A stretch of 64,000 nt of DNA from a virus. Taxonomy: Duplodnaviria; Caudoviricetes. This document shows, in pieces, positions 32,780 to 41,700 of the stretch; positions within the stretch are counted from its first letter, which is position 1, and each line of letters begins with the position of its first letter. Below the pieces are notes generated by a model. It did not search any database. It was not told where the DNA came from and saw only the letters and a list, made by a program, of their open reading frames with translations. A program made the translations under genes and the position numbers. The DNA is taken from the IMG/VR virus record IMGVR_UViG_3300037313_001869, positions 256,001 through 320,000 of that record; one strand, 5' to 3'.

Positions 32780-33241
32780 TCAGTAGTCGTAGTGCCCCCG
32801 AGACTGCGGGGCCGGCAGCTTGTAGCCCTTCAGCCAGGCGCGGTTCTTCTTGCTGTGGGTGTACTTCGAGAAGTAGTTCCACGCCCGCGTCGAGCCAGAA
32901 CCCGAGACCCTGTCCTTCTCCCGGAACGCTTCCACGTCCCGCTCGAAGCGGCTCGGAGGGGGCAGGTTGCCCTCGGTGAGATAGAGAAGCTCCTCGGCCC
33001 CCGTGCCCGGGTACAGCTCGTGGGCGTGGACGATCATGCCGTAGCCCCCGAACATGTTCGTGCAGACCATCTCGTTGACGGTCACCTCCTTGTCGAGGAT
33101 GGCTGTGAGCTGGTCCAGCTCCTCGTGGGTGAGGAGCCGGTACGCCTTGACCGACACAGGCGAGTCCTTGGCCTTGTGGTTCGCCGGCCAGAGCGACTCA
33201 TTCAGGTTTTGCAGCCAGACCCGGTCTTCCTCGGAGAGCAT
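32780..33241 (-). CDS. hypothetical protein (internal PPPSRFER)
   Basis: CGGTGTA-N9-ATG. Confidence 0.7.
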   Translation of the reverse strand: MLSEEDRVWLQNLNESLWPANHKAKDSPVSVKAYRLLTHEELDQLTAILDKEVTVNEMVCTNMFGGYGMIVHAHELYPGTGAEELLYLTEGNLPPPSRFERDVEAFREKDRVSGSGSTRAWNYFSKYTHSKKNRAWLKGYKLPAPQSRGHYDY

Positions 33242-33268
33242 GGGCCCTCCTACACCGGGGCCGGGACC

Positions 33269-33613
33269 TCAGAGATCCTGATCTTCGAGCGACTCGTAGA
33301 CCCGGGCGAGCATTGTGCGAAGCTGCTTGAGGGCCGGCATCGCCTTGCCGAGCTTCTTGCTCATCTCGTCGAGCTGGTTCTTGGAGATGTTCGGCCCCGC
33401 CCCCTCGTGCTTGGGGAGGTGGACAATCGCCTCGGTGACGAGACCGGGCACGTCCCCCAGGATCGAAGTCACGTAGTGGAGCTGCTGGAGCGCCTCTTCG
33501 AGGGCGTCGGTGTTCTTCGACGCCTGCTTCGCTTGGTACTGGTCGACCAGGTCATAGGCCGCCGAAGGGTTGGTCTCGGCAAGGTCCGAGGCACGCTTGA
33601 GGATCTTGTCCAT
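33269..33613 (-). CDS. hypothetical helical protein
   Basis: TTTTAT upstream, GAGG SD. Confidence 0.65.
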   Translation of the reverse strand: MDKILKRASDLAETNPSAAYDLVDQYQAKQASKNTDALEEALQQLHYVTSILGDVPGLVTEAIVHLPKHEGAGPNISKNQLDEMSKKLGKAMPALKQLRTMLARVYESLEDQDL

Positions 33614-33646
33614 GGTCGTGCCTCTACCGTCCGATAAAAGAAATTT

Positions 33647-33721
33647 GTGCCCCCGGCAGGAGTCGAACCTGCTGAAAAACGCTTTAGGAGAGCGTTGCCT
33701 TGTCCGTTCGGCCACGAGGGC
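33647..33721 (-). tRNA. tRNA-Arg(CCT)
   Basis: loop CTCCTAA. Confidence 0.87.
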
Positions 33722-33723
33722 AG

Positions 33724-34209
33724 TCAGAGAGGGTCTTCCCGGTCGAAGCGGCTCGGAGGCGGCGGGGCCTCGGGCTTCGGCTTGGGCGGGTCGATCTTGC
33801 TCACGATGACCTGGTCGGACCAGATCGAGGCGATGCTAGCCCGAGCCGGAATGTCCTGGCGGACAGGCATCGACCCCACGCGCTCTGGGTTCCCCGTAAG
33901 GTACACTGTCCCGGGGGCCACAACGGGACTGGAGATGGCCGAAACCGCCTCGTTGAAGATACGGTCGATGACCGGGAACACATCGCCGTTCTGGTTGGGC
34001 TCGGACCGCCCCCGAAGGGTCTCGACGACCTCTTCGGACCCGACCGACCGGATGTGCTGAACGGGAGCGCGCTCGACCGGCCGATCGGCCCCGATGACTG
34101 TGAGGGTCTCCGGCCGGGGGAGACCGAACTGCTCGTGGAGGTACCTGTCGGCAGCCTCCCGGAAAAACCTCAGCAAGGCGGCCCGAGTGGCTTCGGAAGG
34201 GGGCGGCAT
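33724..34209 (-). CDS. hypothetical protein with C-terminal PPPSRFDREDPL
   Basis: CGGTGTA-N10-ATG. Confidence 0.65.
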   Translation of the reverse strand: MPPPSEATRAALLRFFREAADRYLHEQFGLPRPETLTVIGADRPVERAPVQHIRSVGSEEVVETLRGRSEPNQNGDVFPVIDRIFNEAVSAISSPVVAPGTVYLTGNPERVGSMPVRQDIPARASIASIWSDQVIVSKIDPPKPKPEAPPPPSRFDREDPL

Positions 34210-34492
34210 CGAAGGGATCTACACCGCCCCCGCCGGGCTCACCACCAGGTCTGGCCGTTCTTCACCGCCTCGGGCGGGTTCCAGCCGAGGTGGGGGCTCG
34301 CCGAGAGCATCGAAGAAACCGGCCTCGCCGTGGCCCGCTTGAGCTTCACCAGCTCCTTCGCCAGGGCTTGCATGAGGGGCCGCTCGGAAACCTTGAAAGT
34401 CGTATGCTCGTTCATCTACGTCTCCTATAGGGGGCCTATAATAAAGAGACTAGAAGGGAACGACCCGGTTGTTTTGTTGAAGAACGCCCGGC

Positions 34493-34984
34493 ATGATGGG
34501 CCTTCTCGAAGTCAGGACGGCGCCCGGCAAGGGCCGGGGGGTGTACGCGGGGCAAGCCTACGGCAAGGGCCTGGAGGTGCTTCAGTTCGAGGGGCAGGTC
34601 GTTCGCCGGAGCGAGATCCCCGACCCTCTGCCGCCCGAGGACGACCACTTCTTGCAGTTCGGCCCCGACAGCTACCTCGGGCCCTCGGGCGGAATCGACG
34701 ACCTCGTCAACCACGCCTGCGACCCCAACTGCGCCGTGCTCATCACCCCCGGCCGGGTCTCGCTCGTCGCGATCCGAACCATCGAGGACGGCGAGGAGGT
34801 GACGTTCGACTACTCCCTAACGAGCCTGGAGCCCCCGGACCAGTGGCGGCTCGACTGCCGATGCGGATCGGCGGGCTGCCGCAGGGTCGTCACGGGCTTT
34901 CTGTGGCTCCCCCGATCAGAGCAAGAGCGGCTCGTCCAAGCCGGCCTCGTGCCGCCCTACGTCTGCCAGGCGGCGGGTCTCTGA
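34493..34984 (+). CDS. SET-domain methyltransferase with post-SET cysteines
   Basis: GKGRGVYA, NHACDPN, GEEVTFDY, CRCGSAGCR. Confidence 0.88.
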   Translation: MMGLLEVRTAPGKGRGVYAGQAYGKGLEVLQFEGQVVRRSEIPDPLPPEDDHFLQFGPDSYLGPSGGIDDLVNHACDPNCAVLITPGRVSLVAIRTIEDGEEVTFDYSLTSLEPPDQWRLDCRCGSAGCRRVVTGFLWLPRSEQERLVQAGLVPPYVCQAAGL

Positions 34985-34987
34985 ACA

Positions 34988-35064
34988 TGGGGTGGGCGGC
35001 GGGAATCGAACCCGTCCTTCCGAGGGTCACAGCCTCGTGCCTTCACCAGATGGCTACGCTCACC
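34988..35064 (-). tRNA. tRNA-His(GTG)
   Basis: G-1:C73, loop CTGTGAC. Confidence 0.9.
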
Positions 35065-35103
35065 ATGTAGGACTCGCAGGGCGTCAACGTTCCCCACGAA
35101 CCC

Positions 35104-35189
35104 GGCGGAAACAGGAGGAGTCGAACCTCACCCCGTGAGGGGCAGCCCGAGTAGCAATCGGGTGTCGCGCCGCCGCGACCTCAGTTTCC
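35104..35189 (-). tRNA. tRNA-Ser(GCT)
   Basis: loop TTGCTAC, long variable arm. Confidence 0.83.
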
Positions 35190-35441
35190 AAGTACCTCTT
35201 TACGGAACCGTTCCAGACCTTGCCGGATGAGCTGCTCGGCCTCGTCGTGGGGCATGTGACTGGCCGCCGCCGGGCTATCCCCGTAGGTGCTCTCGATGCT
35301 CCAAAGCCCGTTCGGCGTCTCGACTTCGAGCGACCATCGTTGCCAGCGGGCGCGGAAGTACCACGGGAGCCCCTCGATCTCCCCCTCCCCTTGGACAGGG
35401 CAGCGGCCGAAAACGAAGATGGGTTTTGGTTGGGTTTCCAT
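35181..35441 (-). CDS. hypothetical protein
   Basis: CPVQGEG...WYFRARWQRWSL. Confidence 0.65.
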   Translation of the reverse strand: METQPKPIFVFGRCPVQGEGEIEGLPWYFRARWQRWSLEVETPNGLWSIESTYGDSPAAASHMPHDEAEQLIRQGLERFRKEVLGN

Positions 35442-35442
35442 A

Positions 35443-35528
35443 GCGGAAGACGGAGTAATCGAAACTCACACCCTTGCGAGTGCTCTTGGTTTTCGAGGCC
35501 AGACCCCGCCCTGCGGAGTTCGTCTTCC
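35443..35528 (-). tRNA. tRNA-Ser(CGA)
   Basis: loop CTCGAAA, long variable arm. Confidence 0.82.
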
Positions 35529-35553
35529 ATGTGCCCCTTACGGGGCGAAGGGC

Positions 35554-35799
35554 TCACTCGCGCGAACCCGTCAGACGGTCGACCAGGTAGCCGAGACTCC
35601 GGCCGTCCTGCTCGTCCTCGCTGGTCGAGAAGCCGTAGAACGTGTCAACGCCCTCGTGCCTCTCGCCCGCGTCATCGACGATGACCCCACTGCTTGTGAG
35701 GCCAACCGCCGCGAACGCCTGCTGTGCTGCCTCGACGCTCTGAAACTGCATCTCGGTCGTACAGCAGCCGCAACCTTGCTTGACGTAGATCGTGATCAT
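35554..35799 (-). CDS. hypothetical protein
   Basis: AGGAGG SD. Confidence 0.6.
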   Translation of the reverse strand: MITIYVKQGCGCCTTEMQFQSVEAAQQAFAAVGLTSSGVIVDDAGERHEGVDTFYGFSTSEDEQDGRSLGYLVDRLTGSRE

Positions 35800-35845
35800 G
35801 GGGTGCCTCCTTCAAGGACCCGTGCCTCTCACTCGGCCCCATGAT

Positions 35846-36322
35846 CTAGAACGGCAAGCTGAGTTGCGCGCCTGATTCTTCGATGTCCTCCGGCCCTTCG
35901 TCAAGGCCGGGGTTCTGCATCTTCCAGAGGAGCGGCAGGAGCAAGTACAGCTCTTGCCGGGCCCGGTCGCTATCGTAGGGCTTGGCCCGCTTGGCGGCCA
36001 CGACGTGCCGGACGACCCTTCCGCAGACTTCGAGAAGGCCCCACCCCTGGGGCAGCTCCTCGGGCTTGATGATGCCCTTCGGGGTCATGAAGTAGCGCGA
36101 CTGGCCCATGCCCACCCGGTGCCTCGCGAGCTTGTGCTTGTCCCGGAGAAAATCCGAGCGGCTCACCTTGCACTCGACGAGGATCGACCAGCCCCTCTTC
36201 CACCCGATCGCGTCGGGCAGCTCGTAGACCATGGTGCTGTAGGGCTCGCCCAAGGCCACGTAGCATCGCTCGCTCTTCAGGAGCCAGCGGACGGCCCTCG
36301 CGACCAGCTCCTTGTGGGTCAT
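35846..36322 (-). CDS. PD-(D/E)xK nuclease-like protein (MmcB-like) with beta-clamp motif
   Basis: PDAIG..ECKVSRSDF; C-terminal QLSLPF. Confidence 0.75.
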   Translation of the reverse strand: MTHKELVARAVRWLLKSERCYVALGEPYSTMVYELPDAIGWKRGWSILVECKVSRSDFLRDKHKLARHRVGMGQSRYFMTPKGIIKPEELPQGWGLLEVCGRVVRHVVAAKRAKPYDSDRARQELYLLLPLLWKMQNPGLDEGPEDIEESGAQLSLPF

Positions 36323-36351
36323 ACCCAGGGCGCCGGCACAGAAGGAACCTC

Positions 36352-36425
36352 GGTCAGGGAGGCGGGAATCGAACCCGCTAGGTCCTGGTTCCAAACCAGG
36401 CGGCCTACCTTAGACCTTCTCCCTG
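36352..36425 (-). tRNA. tRNA-Pro(TGG)
   Basis: loop TTTGGAA. Confidence 0.87.
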
Positions 36426-36603
36426 AGGTGAGGCGACCGAGGGCCCTCGTGAGAGAGTCCGCACGGCCGCCTCTGGGCGATATACAGCAAGCCCCGAGGT
36501 CCCAGAGCTAGCGAAGCTAGGTAGGCCCTCGAAGAACCACGCCCGGCCCGAAGACCGAGGATGCTGCGCCCAACCCCCTTGCGGGGGCTATCACGGGGGG
36601 CTT

Positions 36604-36678
36604 TGGTAGGTACGGGCAGAGTCGAACTGCCATCCCATCCTTATCAGAGATGAGTTCTTACCGTTGAACTACGTACCC
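36604..36678 (-). tRNA. tRNA-Ile(GAT)
   Basis: loop CTGATAA, CCA. Confidence 0.9.
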
Positions 36679-37175
36679 AAGAGCTTCTTGTATCTGCCCT
36701 GAACGGCAGCGGGGGAGACCCCAGCCGCCTTGGCGATCGTCGCCCACGAGACCCCGTCCTTGCGAAGAGCAAGAACGTCGACCCCATCCCAGCTCCCTCG
36801 GTGCGTCGAGAGGCGCTTACGCGCCAAGGTCGCAGCCGCTTTTTGGGGAGCTAGAGCCTGCTCTCTCAGGGTGGAGAACAGGGCCGGATCGAAGCGCGGG
36901 ATGTCCTGGGGAAGCTGCCGATACCCCGCATGAACTTCACGGTGGCAACGGCAACAGAGCAGAACGCATTTCTCGACCTCGGCTGCCAGCTTCTCAAAAG
37001 AAGCCGTAGTGGCCCAAGACGAAACCCCGAGGTCCTTCTCTTTCGGGTCGAGGTGGTGGAACTCCAACGCCTCGATGCACGAGTCGTAGGAGCAACAGCC
37101 GCATCGGCCCCCAAAAGACTGGGTCAAGAGTTGCTTGACCCGCTTCCTCCACGCCTTGACATTTCTGTACGGCAT
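36669..37175 (-). CDS. HNH endonuclease with C-terminal HTH
   Basis: ALEFHHLDP..KCVLLCCRCHREVH. Confidence 0.8.
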   Translation of the reverse strand: MPYRNVKAWRKRVKQLLTQSFGGRCGCCSYDSCIEALEFHHLDPKEKDLGVSSWATTASFEKLAAEVEKCVLLCCRCHREVHAGYRQLPQDIPRFDPALFSTLREQALAPQKAAATLARKRLSTHRGSWDGVDVLALRKDGVSWATIAKAAGVSPAAVQGRYKKLLGT

Positions 37176-37218
37176 AGGTTGCGATTGTACCGCAACCACA
37201 ACCTGACGCAAGTTCATC

Positions 37219-37376
37219 CCTCAGGACAAAGGGGGTGAAAGACATCATGCCCTTGCGGGCTCCGGTGCGTCTGCCAGTTCCGCCACACCTCTCTCGCGAG
37301 AGGAGGAGGGACTCGAACCCTCAAGCCCTTTCGGGCGCCGGTTTTGCGAATGTAGTCCTTCGAGCATTCCTGAGAA
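37219..37376 (-). ncRNA. Y-RNA-like ncRNA 1 with permuted tRNA-Leu-like domain (YrlA-like)
   Basis: terminal stem CTCAGGA/TCCTGAG, GAATG, GGACTACAT; T arm, acceptor stem closed by GCGA, D arm; TTTGTC. Confidence 0.75.
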
Positions 37377-37380
37377 ACGA

Positions 37381-37464
37381 GTGCGCAAGGGGGGACTTGA
37401 ACCCCCAAGCCCTTTCGGGCGCTAGCACCTCAAGCTAGTGCGGTTGCCTTTTCGCCACCTGCGC
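37381..37464 (-). tRNA. tRNA-Leu(GAG)
   Basis: loop TTGAGGT, long variable arm. Confidence 0.9.
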
Positions 37465-37474
37465 GTACTACCTA

Positions 37475-37743
37475 CCTCGACAAAGGGTGTGAAGAGAAGG
37501 CTCTTTCGAGCCGCCTGCGCATTGTGGGTCCCCTTTCGGGGATACCCACCGCTCGCCCCGCACCTTCGACTCACTACCCTATCCCCCACCAGGGAGGAGA
37601 GCAGATCCTCAGGTTGCCCTGAGTCAAGGAGTCTCTGACCCGGCGTGTTACCGCTTGGGATGCTGGTGCCGTCGCTAGTCCCTCACGGGAACATCGCTAC
37701 CTTGGGGCCGTTATGGATGTGTACTCCTCACGATCATTCGAGG
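37475..37743 (-). ncRNA. Y-RNA-like ncRNA 2 (long cargo, ~270 nt)
   Basis: CCTCGAATG..GGAGTACAC ... CTTTGTCGAGG. Confidence 0.68.
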
Positions 37744-37763
37744 CACCCCCCTTGCGGGGGGCA

Positions 37764-37838
37764 GTCTGGGTGGGGCGACTCGAACGCCCAACCTCCGCGT
37801 CCCGAACGCGGCGCTCTACCAGGTTGAGCCACACCCAG
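37764..37838 (-). tRNA. tRNA-Pro(CGG)
   Basis: loop TTCGGGA. Confidence 0.9.
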
Positions 37839-37893
37839 ATGTTGACGGGCCCCGAAGGGGCCCGCTAGGCCGAAGAGACGGCCGAAGTAATCA

Positions 37894-38024
37894 CGATCTG
37901 ACAAAGAACGCAAAGAGCTTTTCGTGTGCTGCCTCTACACCACCCCGGCATAGAGAGCCGGAGCCAGGAATCGAACCTGGGCCACGTCTGGGCAAGAGAT
38001 GGACTCCTCACTGCATTCAGATCG
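37894..38024 (-). ncRNA. Y-RNA-like ncRNA 3 with permuted tRNA-like domain
   Basis: CGATCTGAATG..GGAGTCCAT; CCAGGTTCGATTCCTGG; looped acceptor stem; D arm; TTTGTCAGATCG. Confidence 0.75.
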
Positions 38025-38027
38025 CTT

Positions 38028-38113
38028 GTGCTCAGGGCGGGACTCGAACCCGCACGCCACAAAGGGCCGCCGCTTCTGAGACGGCGTTGTCTGCCAAATT
38101 CCATCACCTGAGC
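38028..38113 (-). tRNA. tRNA-Leu(CAG)
   Basis: loop CTCAGAA. Confidence 0.88.
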
Positions 38114-38120
38114 GTGATTG

Positions 38121-38273
38121 CTAGTTCCACCCGGCCGGCGGCCGGGTACGGTAAGCACCCTGCTGCTCGGCCCGGCGAATGGCCCGCTCGACCTGCACGG
38201 CAGGTGGCGGGAAGACGGTCTCTCGTACGACGGTAACCGCAGTCCGGAGAAGGAGGCGGAGAAGAGCGGACAT
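38121..38273 (-). CDS. small hypothetical protein
   Basis: CGGTGTA-N9-ATG; MSALLRLLLR... Confidence 0.5.
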   Translation of the reverse strand: MSALLRLLLRTAVTVVRETVFPPPAVQVERAIRRAEQQGAYRTRPPAGWN

Positions 38274-38297
38274 ACCGTACGATACACCGCCGAAGGC

Positions 38298-39452
38298 TCA
38301 GCCGGCCTTCATCTTGTCCTCGACGAGCGCCTGAAGCTCGCTCGCGTGCTGGACGAACTGGGTGACCATCTGCATCCGGCCGACCTGCACCACCGAGGAC
38401 GAGAGGTGGATCGAGAGGTTGTAGAGACGCTCGGCCTGCTGCCGGACCTCGTCGGCGATGGGCGAGTGCTTGTAGAGGTTGGCGAAGCCGCCGATCTCGC
38501 TCGTGAGCTGGTAGACCGTCTTGCTCGACACGCCCATGCCGCTCGTCGCAAGGTCCCTCAGGGTCGTGTTGGCGTCGCCGAAGTCCTTGATGAGCGAGGC
38601 GAACTTCTCCTTCAGCTTCGCCGCGATCTCCTTGTCCCTGGTCTTCAGGAAGCCCCGCAGGACCGAAATCACCGTCTCGTGCAGCTCGCCGAAAGGGTTC
38701 TTCCCGTGACCGATGAGGTCGAGGGGAGGCGTCGTCAGAACGGTCTTGTAGAGGTTCGAGACGCGCGTGAGCCGGGCCTTCGGGGCCGCGAGCCCGATCG
38801 AGGTGAGGTCGGCGCCGAGGTCCTTGATGTGCCCACCGAGCTTGCGGATCTCCCGCTTGACGGCGCCTTCGGCGTCGTGGGCCTCGGCCCAGAGATCCTC
38901 GGACATGTCGACGAGGCGCGTGGTCTTCTTTTCGAGCAGCTCGTAGGGCGTCTTGTCGACGAAGTCCGGGTCGAGGTTCTTCGGGGCCCGCTGGATGCTC
39001 CCAAGGGCGGCGAGGTAGTGGCTCGTCGGTACCTGGGCGAGCTGCGAGTAGAAGGTCCAGGAGTGGTTGTCGCCGCTTCGCGAGTAGGAGATCGACCCGG
39101 CGTTCATCTTCTGGAGGTCCTCGTGCAGGTCCTTCATGAACTTGAGCGCCTTCGCCAGGCTGTCGTTGACATGGGCGAGGGTCGAGATCCCTTGCACGTC
39201 CTCGGCCGCCTTGATGGGCTCGGCGAGGTCCTTCGCGGCTTCCTTCGTCAGGATGGGCTTGTCGGTCCGGCCGAAGTGCTTCTTCCAGAACTCCGAGTAG
39301 ACCGCCCTGGCCTCCTCGATCTTGTCCATCTGGGCGCCGAACCCGATCGAAGCCGCCTCAGCGACGCGGACGCTGGCGAGACGGTGCCTCGCGGCGATGA
39401 CGTAGCTCTGACGGACGAGGGTAGCTTGCTCTTTCGCGACCTTGCTCGGCAT
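38298..39452 (-). CDS. helical hypothetical protein (RVAR-like N-terminus)
   Basis: 384-aa ORF, strong GC3 codon bias. Confidence 0.75.
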   Translation of the reverse strand: MPSKVAKEQATLVRQSYVIAARHRLASVRVAEAASIGFGAQMDKIEEARAVYSEFWKKHFGRTDKPILTKEAAKDLAEPIKAAEDVQGISTLAHVNDSLAKALKFMKDLHEDLQKMNAGSISYSRSGDNHSWTFYSQLAQVPTSHYLAALGSIQRAPKNLDPDFVDKTPYELLEKKTTRLVDMSEDLWAEAHDAEGAVKREIRKLGGHIKDLGADLTSIGLAAPKARLTRVSNLYKTVLTTPPLDLIGHGKNPFGELHETVISVLRGFLKTRDKEIAAKLKEKFASLIKDFGDANTTLRDLATSGMGVSSKTVYQLTSEIGGFANLYKHSPIADEVRQQAERLYNLSIHLSSSVVQVGRMQMVTQFVQHASELQALVEDKMKAG

Positions 39453-39484
39453 GGTACCTGGTAAGGCGCGATAGAAACAGTCTC

Positions 39485-39558
39485 GGTCAGCCTGGCGGGA
39501 ATCGAACCCGCTGCCTCTTCGTCCCCAACGAAGCGCGCTACCGATGCGCTACAGGCTG
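39485..39558 (-). tRNA. tRNA-Pro(GGG)
   Basis: loop TTGGGGA. Confidence 0.88.
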
Positions 39559-39584
39559 ATGGTGGCCCCGAAGGGCCGAGACGG

Positions 39585-39932
39585 TCACGGCTTCTGCGCA
39601 AGCCCGAGAAGGGCGATGCGGGCCTCGTCGATGTCGCAGACCGCCTTCTCGAAGTACGCCTTCGACTTCTCGGCCGTCGCGCGGGTCTTGGCGAGGTCAC
39701 GTTCGGTCTGGGTGATGAACGAGGCGGCAAGCCCCCTCGCGGCCTCCTCCAGATCGGGCCCCTCTCCCTGGCAGTAGAAGACCGCCCCCACGTCGCCCTC
39801 CTCGGGGCGCATCGTGACGAGAAAGACGCTGTCCTTCGCGACGAAGGAGACGCCAAAGCGGAACTTCCGGCCCGAGTACGCCTTGTGGGCCTGCTCGGAG
39901 AGGGTGCGGATCACGGTGTCGATGAGCGCCAT
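39585..39932 (-). CDS. hypothetical protein
   Basis: CGGTGTA-N10-ATG. Confidence 0.65.
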   Translation of the reverse strand: MALIDTVIRTLSEQAHKAYSGRKFRFGVSFVAKDSVFLVTMRPEEGDVGAVFYCQGEGPDLEEAARGLAASFITQTERDLAKTRATAEKSKAYFEKAVCDIDEARIALLGLAQKP

Positions 39933-39952
39933 GGGCGCCTTCTACACCGATC

Positions 39953-40028
39953 GGTGGCTAGGGCCGGAATCGAACCGGCTACACCCGGATTTTCAATCCA
40001 GTGCTCTACCAGAATGAGCTACCTAGCC
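39953..40028 (-). tRNA. tRNA-Phe(GAA)
   Basis: loop TTGAAAA. Confidence 0.9.
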
Positions 40029-40035
40029 GTAGATT

Positions 40036-40168
40036 CGTAGCGACAAGGGGCGACAAGACCGTTTTTACGCTGGCTACCGTTACCACACCCCGCGTCAGGT
40101 TGCGGGGCCGGGAGTCGAACCCGGGCTTCGTCCTTGAAATGGTGGAGTCCCATCAGGCATTCGCTACG
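40036..40168 (-). ncRNA. Y-RNA-like ncRNA 4 with permuted tRNA-like domain
   Basis: CGTAGCGAATG..GGACTCCAC; CCGGGTTCGACTCCCGG; CCCCGC/GCGGGG looped stem; CTTGTCGCTACG. Confidence 0.75.
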
Positions 40169-40245
40169 GTGGGTCGTCCCGGGATCGAACCGGGTTCTTC
40201 GGCTTTTCAGACCGACGCTAAGATCACCAGACCAGCTCACGACCC
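40168..40245 (-). tRNA. tRNA-Phe(GAA)
   Basis: loop CTGAAAA. Confidence 0.85.
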
Positions 40246-40251
40246 GTTACA

Positions 40252-40408
40252 AGCGTCCAACAAGGGGGGTGCCCAGACACATGACCCCCACGAACCCGGC
40301 TTTCACCCCGGACGAAGGGGACACCCCCACCTGAACCATCGAGCAGGGAGGAAGGTTTGCTCGCCGGTTCAGGTGGGGGCGTGTAGTCCAAACGTGTATT
40401 CGGACGCT
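40252..40408 (-). ncRNA. Y-RNA-like ncRNA 5 (long hairpin cargo)
   Basis: AGCGTCCGAATA..GGACTACAC ... CTTGTTGGACGCT. Confidence 0.7.
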
Positions 40409-40410
40409 CG

Positions 40411-40485
40411 TGGCACGGCAGGGGGGAATCGAACCCTAGACCTTCCGGAGTTTTGGAGGCTCCGTTACACCCTGTGTTCTGCCGT
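40411..40485 (-). tRNA. tRNA-Trp(CCA), atypical D arm
   Basis: loop CTCCAAA, GCCA. Confidence 0.75.
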
Positions 40486-40490
40486 AAAAG

Positions 40491-40754
40491 TTATGACTTC
40501 TGCTTCTCGAACTTGATGCTGGCGTACGTCCCGAGGAAGCCGCCCACGGCGGCTGCCAGAAGGGTCCTCTTGTCGTGCATGACGAGGAGCATGTTCGTGC
40601 CCGCGAGGAGCACGATGCCCGACGAGATGAGCGAGGCCCGTACGGCCTTCTTCTCGGCGGTGGCGATGATGTACGCGGCCCAGGCCGCATCGACCACGAT
40701 TGCCACCGCGAACGCCAGAGCGAACGGCCAAGAAGACTCTACCCAACCAGGCAT
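40491..40754 (-). CDS. small membrane protein
   Basis: three hydrophobic segments, GGFLGTY. Confidence 0.65.
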   Translation of the reverse strand: MPGWVESSWPFALAFAVAIVVDAAWAAYIIATAEKKAVRASLISSGIVLLAGTNMLLVMHDKRTLLAAAVGGFLGTYASIKFEKQKS

Positions 40755-40783
40755 CCCCCAAAGCTACCACGAACCTGAGGTAG

Positions 40784-40866
40784 GGCTCGACAATGAAGGT
40801 GAGAGACCTTGGCCTAGGCGTTACCCCAGGTACCCTAACAGGTGGAGTCCCTCTTGCATTCGAGCC
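40784..40866 (-). ncRNA. Y-RNA-like ncRNA 6 (minimal)
   Basis: GGCTCGAATG..GGACTCCAC ... ATTGTCGAGCC. Confidence 0.7.
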
Positions 40867-40867
40867 A

Positions 40868-40940
40868 GGCGCGGAGGCAGGACTTGAACCTGCAACCTTC
40901 GGGTTATGAGCCCGACAAGCTACCATTGCTCCACTCCGCA
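40868..40940 (-). tRNA. initiator-type tRNA-fMet(CAT)
   Basis: GGG/CCC anticodon stem, loop CTCATAA. Confidence 0.87.
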
Positions 40941-41013
40941 GCGCCTCGTGGGGGTTTCGATCCCCCTTCAGCCCCTTGAAAGGGGGCCATCCTAGCCAGT
41001 AGACGAACGAGGC
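40941..41013 (-). tRNA. tRNA-Glu(TTC)
   Basis: loop CTTTCAA. Confidence 0.85.
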
Positions 41014-41358
41014 TCAGGTCTTCGGCCGGCGCCGCTCGAACTCCCGGATCTTGTGGCAGTTCGAGCAGACCAGCTCGCACTTTTCGATCTCTTCGACCAG
41101 AGCCTCCAAGGACGGGGCCGCGTAGGCGTCACCGACGTTGAAGAGCTTGGTCGAGGGGTCGACGTGGTCGAACTCCAGAACGTACACCGGCCACTGGTAC
41201 TCGCAGTCGGTGCAGAAGGGGTTCTCCCTCTTCAAGGTCTGGACGAACTCCCGGACCGCCTCGACCAGCTCGTCCTTGCGAAAGGGCCGCGTCGAGGCTC
41301 GAAGGAACTTCCGACCTTGGAGGGTGTTACCTCGGCCGGGGCGTCGCTTGCGCTGCAC
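41014..41358 (-). CDS. HNH endonuclease-like protein (start uncertain)
   Basis: CTDC..LEFDHVDP..KCELVCSNCH. Confidence 0.75.
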   Translation of the reverse strand: MQRKRRPGRGNTLQGRKFLRASTRPFRKDELVEAVREFVQTLKRENPFCTDCEYQWPVYVLEFDHVDPSTKLFNVGDAYAAPSLEALVEEIEKCELVCSNCHKIREFERRRPKT

Positions 41359-41381
41359 ACCCAAGCCGGACGATAAGAGAA

Positions 41382-41446
41382 GGAGCGACAAGCCGTTTGC
41401 CTAGAGAGACGTTTGTAGAGGTGTACTCCAGGCTTTCATTCGCTCC
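41382..41446 (-). ncRNA. Y-RNA-like ncRNA 7 (minimal)
   Basis: GGAGCGAATG..GGAGTACAC ... CTTGTCGCTCC. Confidence 0.7.
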
Positions 41447-41447
41447 A

Positions 41448-41523
41448 GCGATCCCAGCGGGATTTGAACCCGCGTTGTCCGCGTGAGAGGCGGGCGTCCT
41501 AGACCGGGCTAGACGATGGGACC
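41448..41523 (-). tRNA. tRNA-Glu(CTC)
   Basis: loop CTCTCAC. Confidence 0.9.
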
Positions 41524-41700
41524 AAGATACCCCGGCGGGCTTTTACCTCCGCCAGGGCGGCACAAGCTCGAAGCGGTCACTTCGAGGGTCCTCCCCGCTA
41601 GGGGCGTGCTTTGGACCTAGGAGCAGGGTTGTAACACCCGCTCACGAAGACGCAAGAAAAAAGCCCGTGGGCGACTCTCAGGGGTCTTCGTCTAGGGAAA

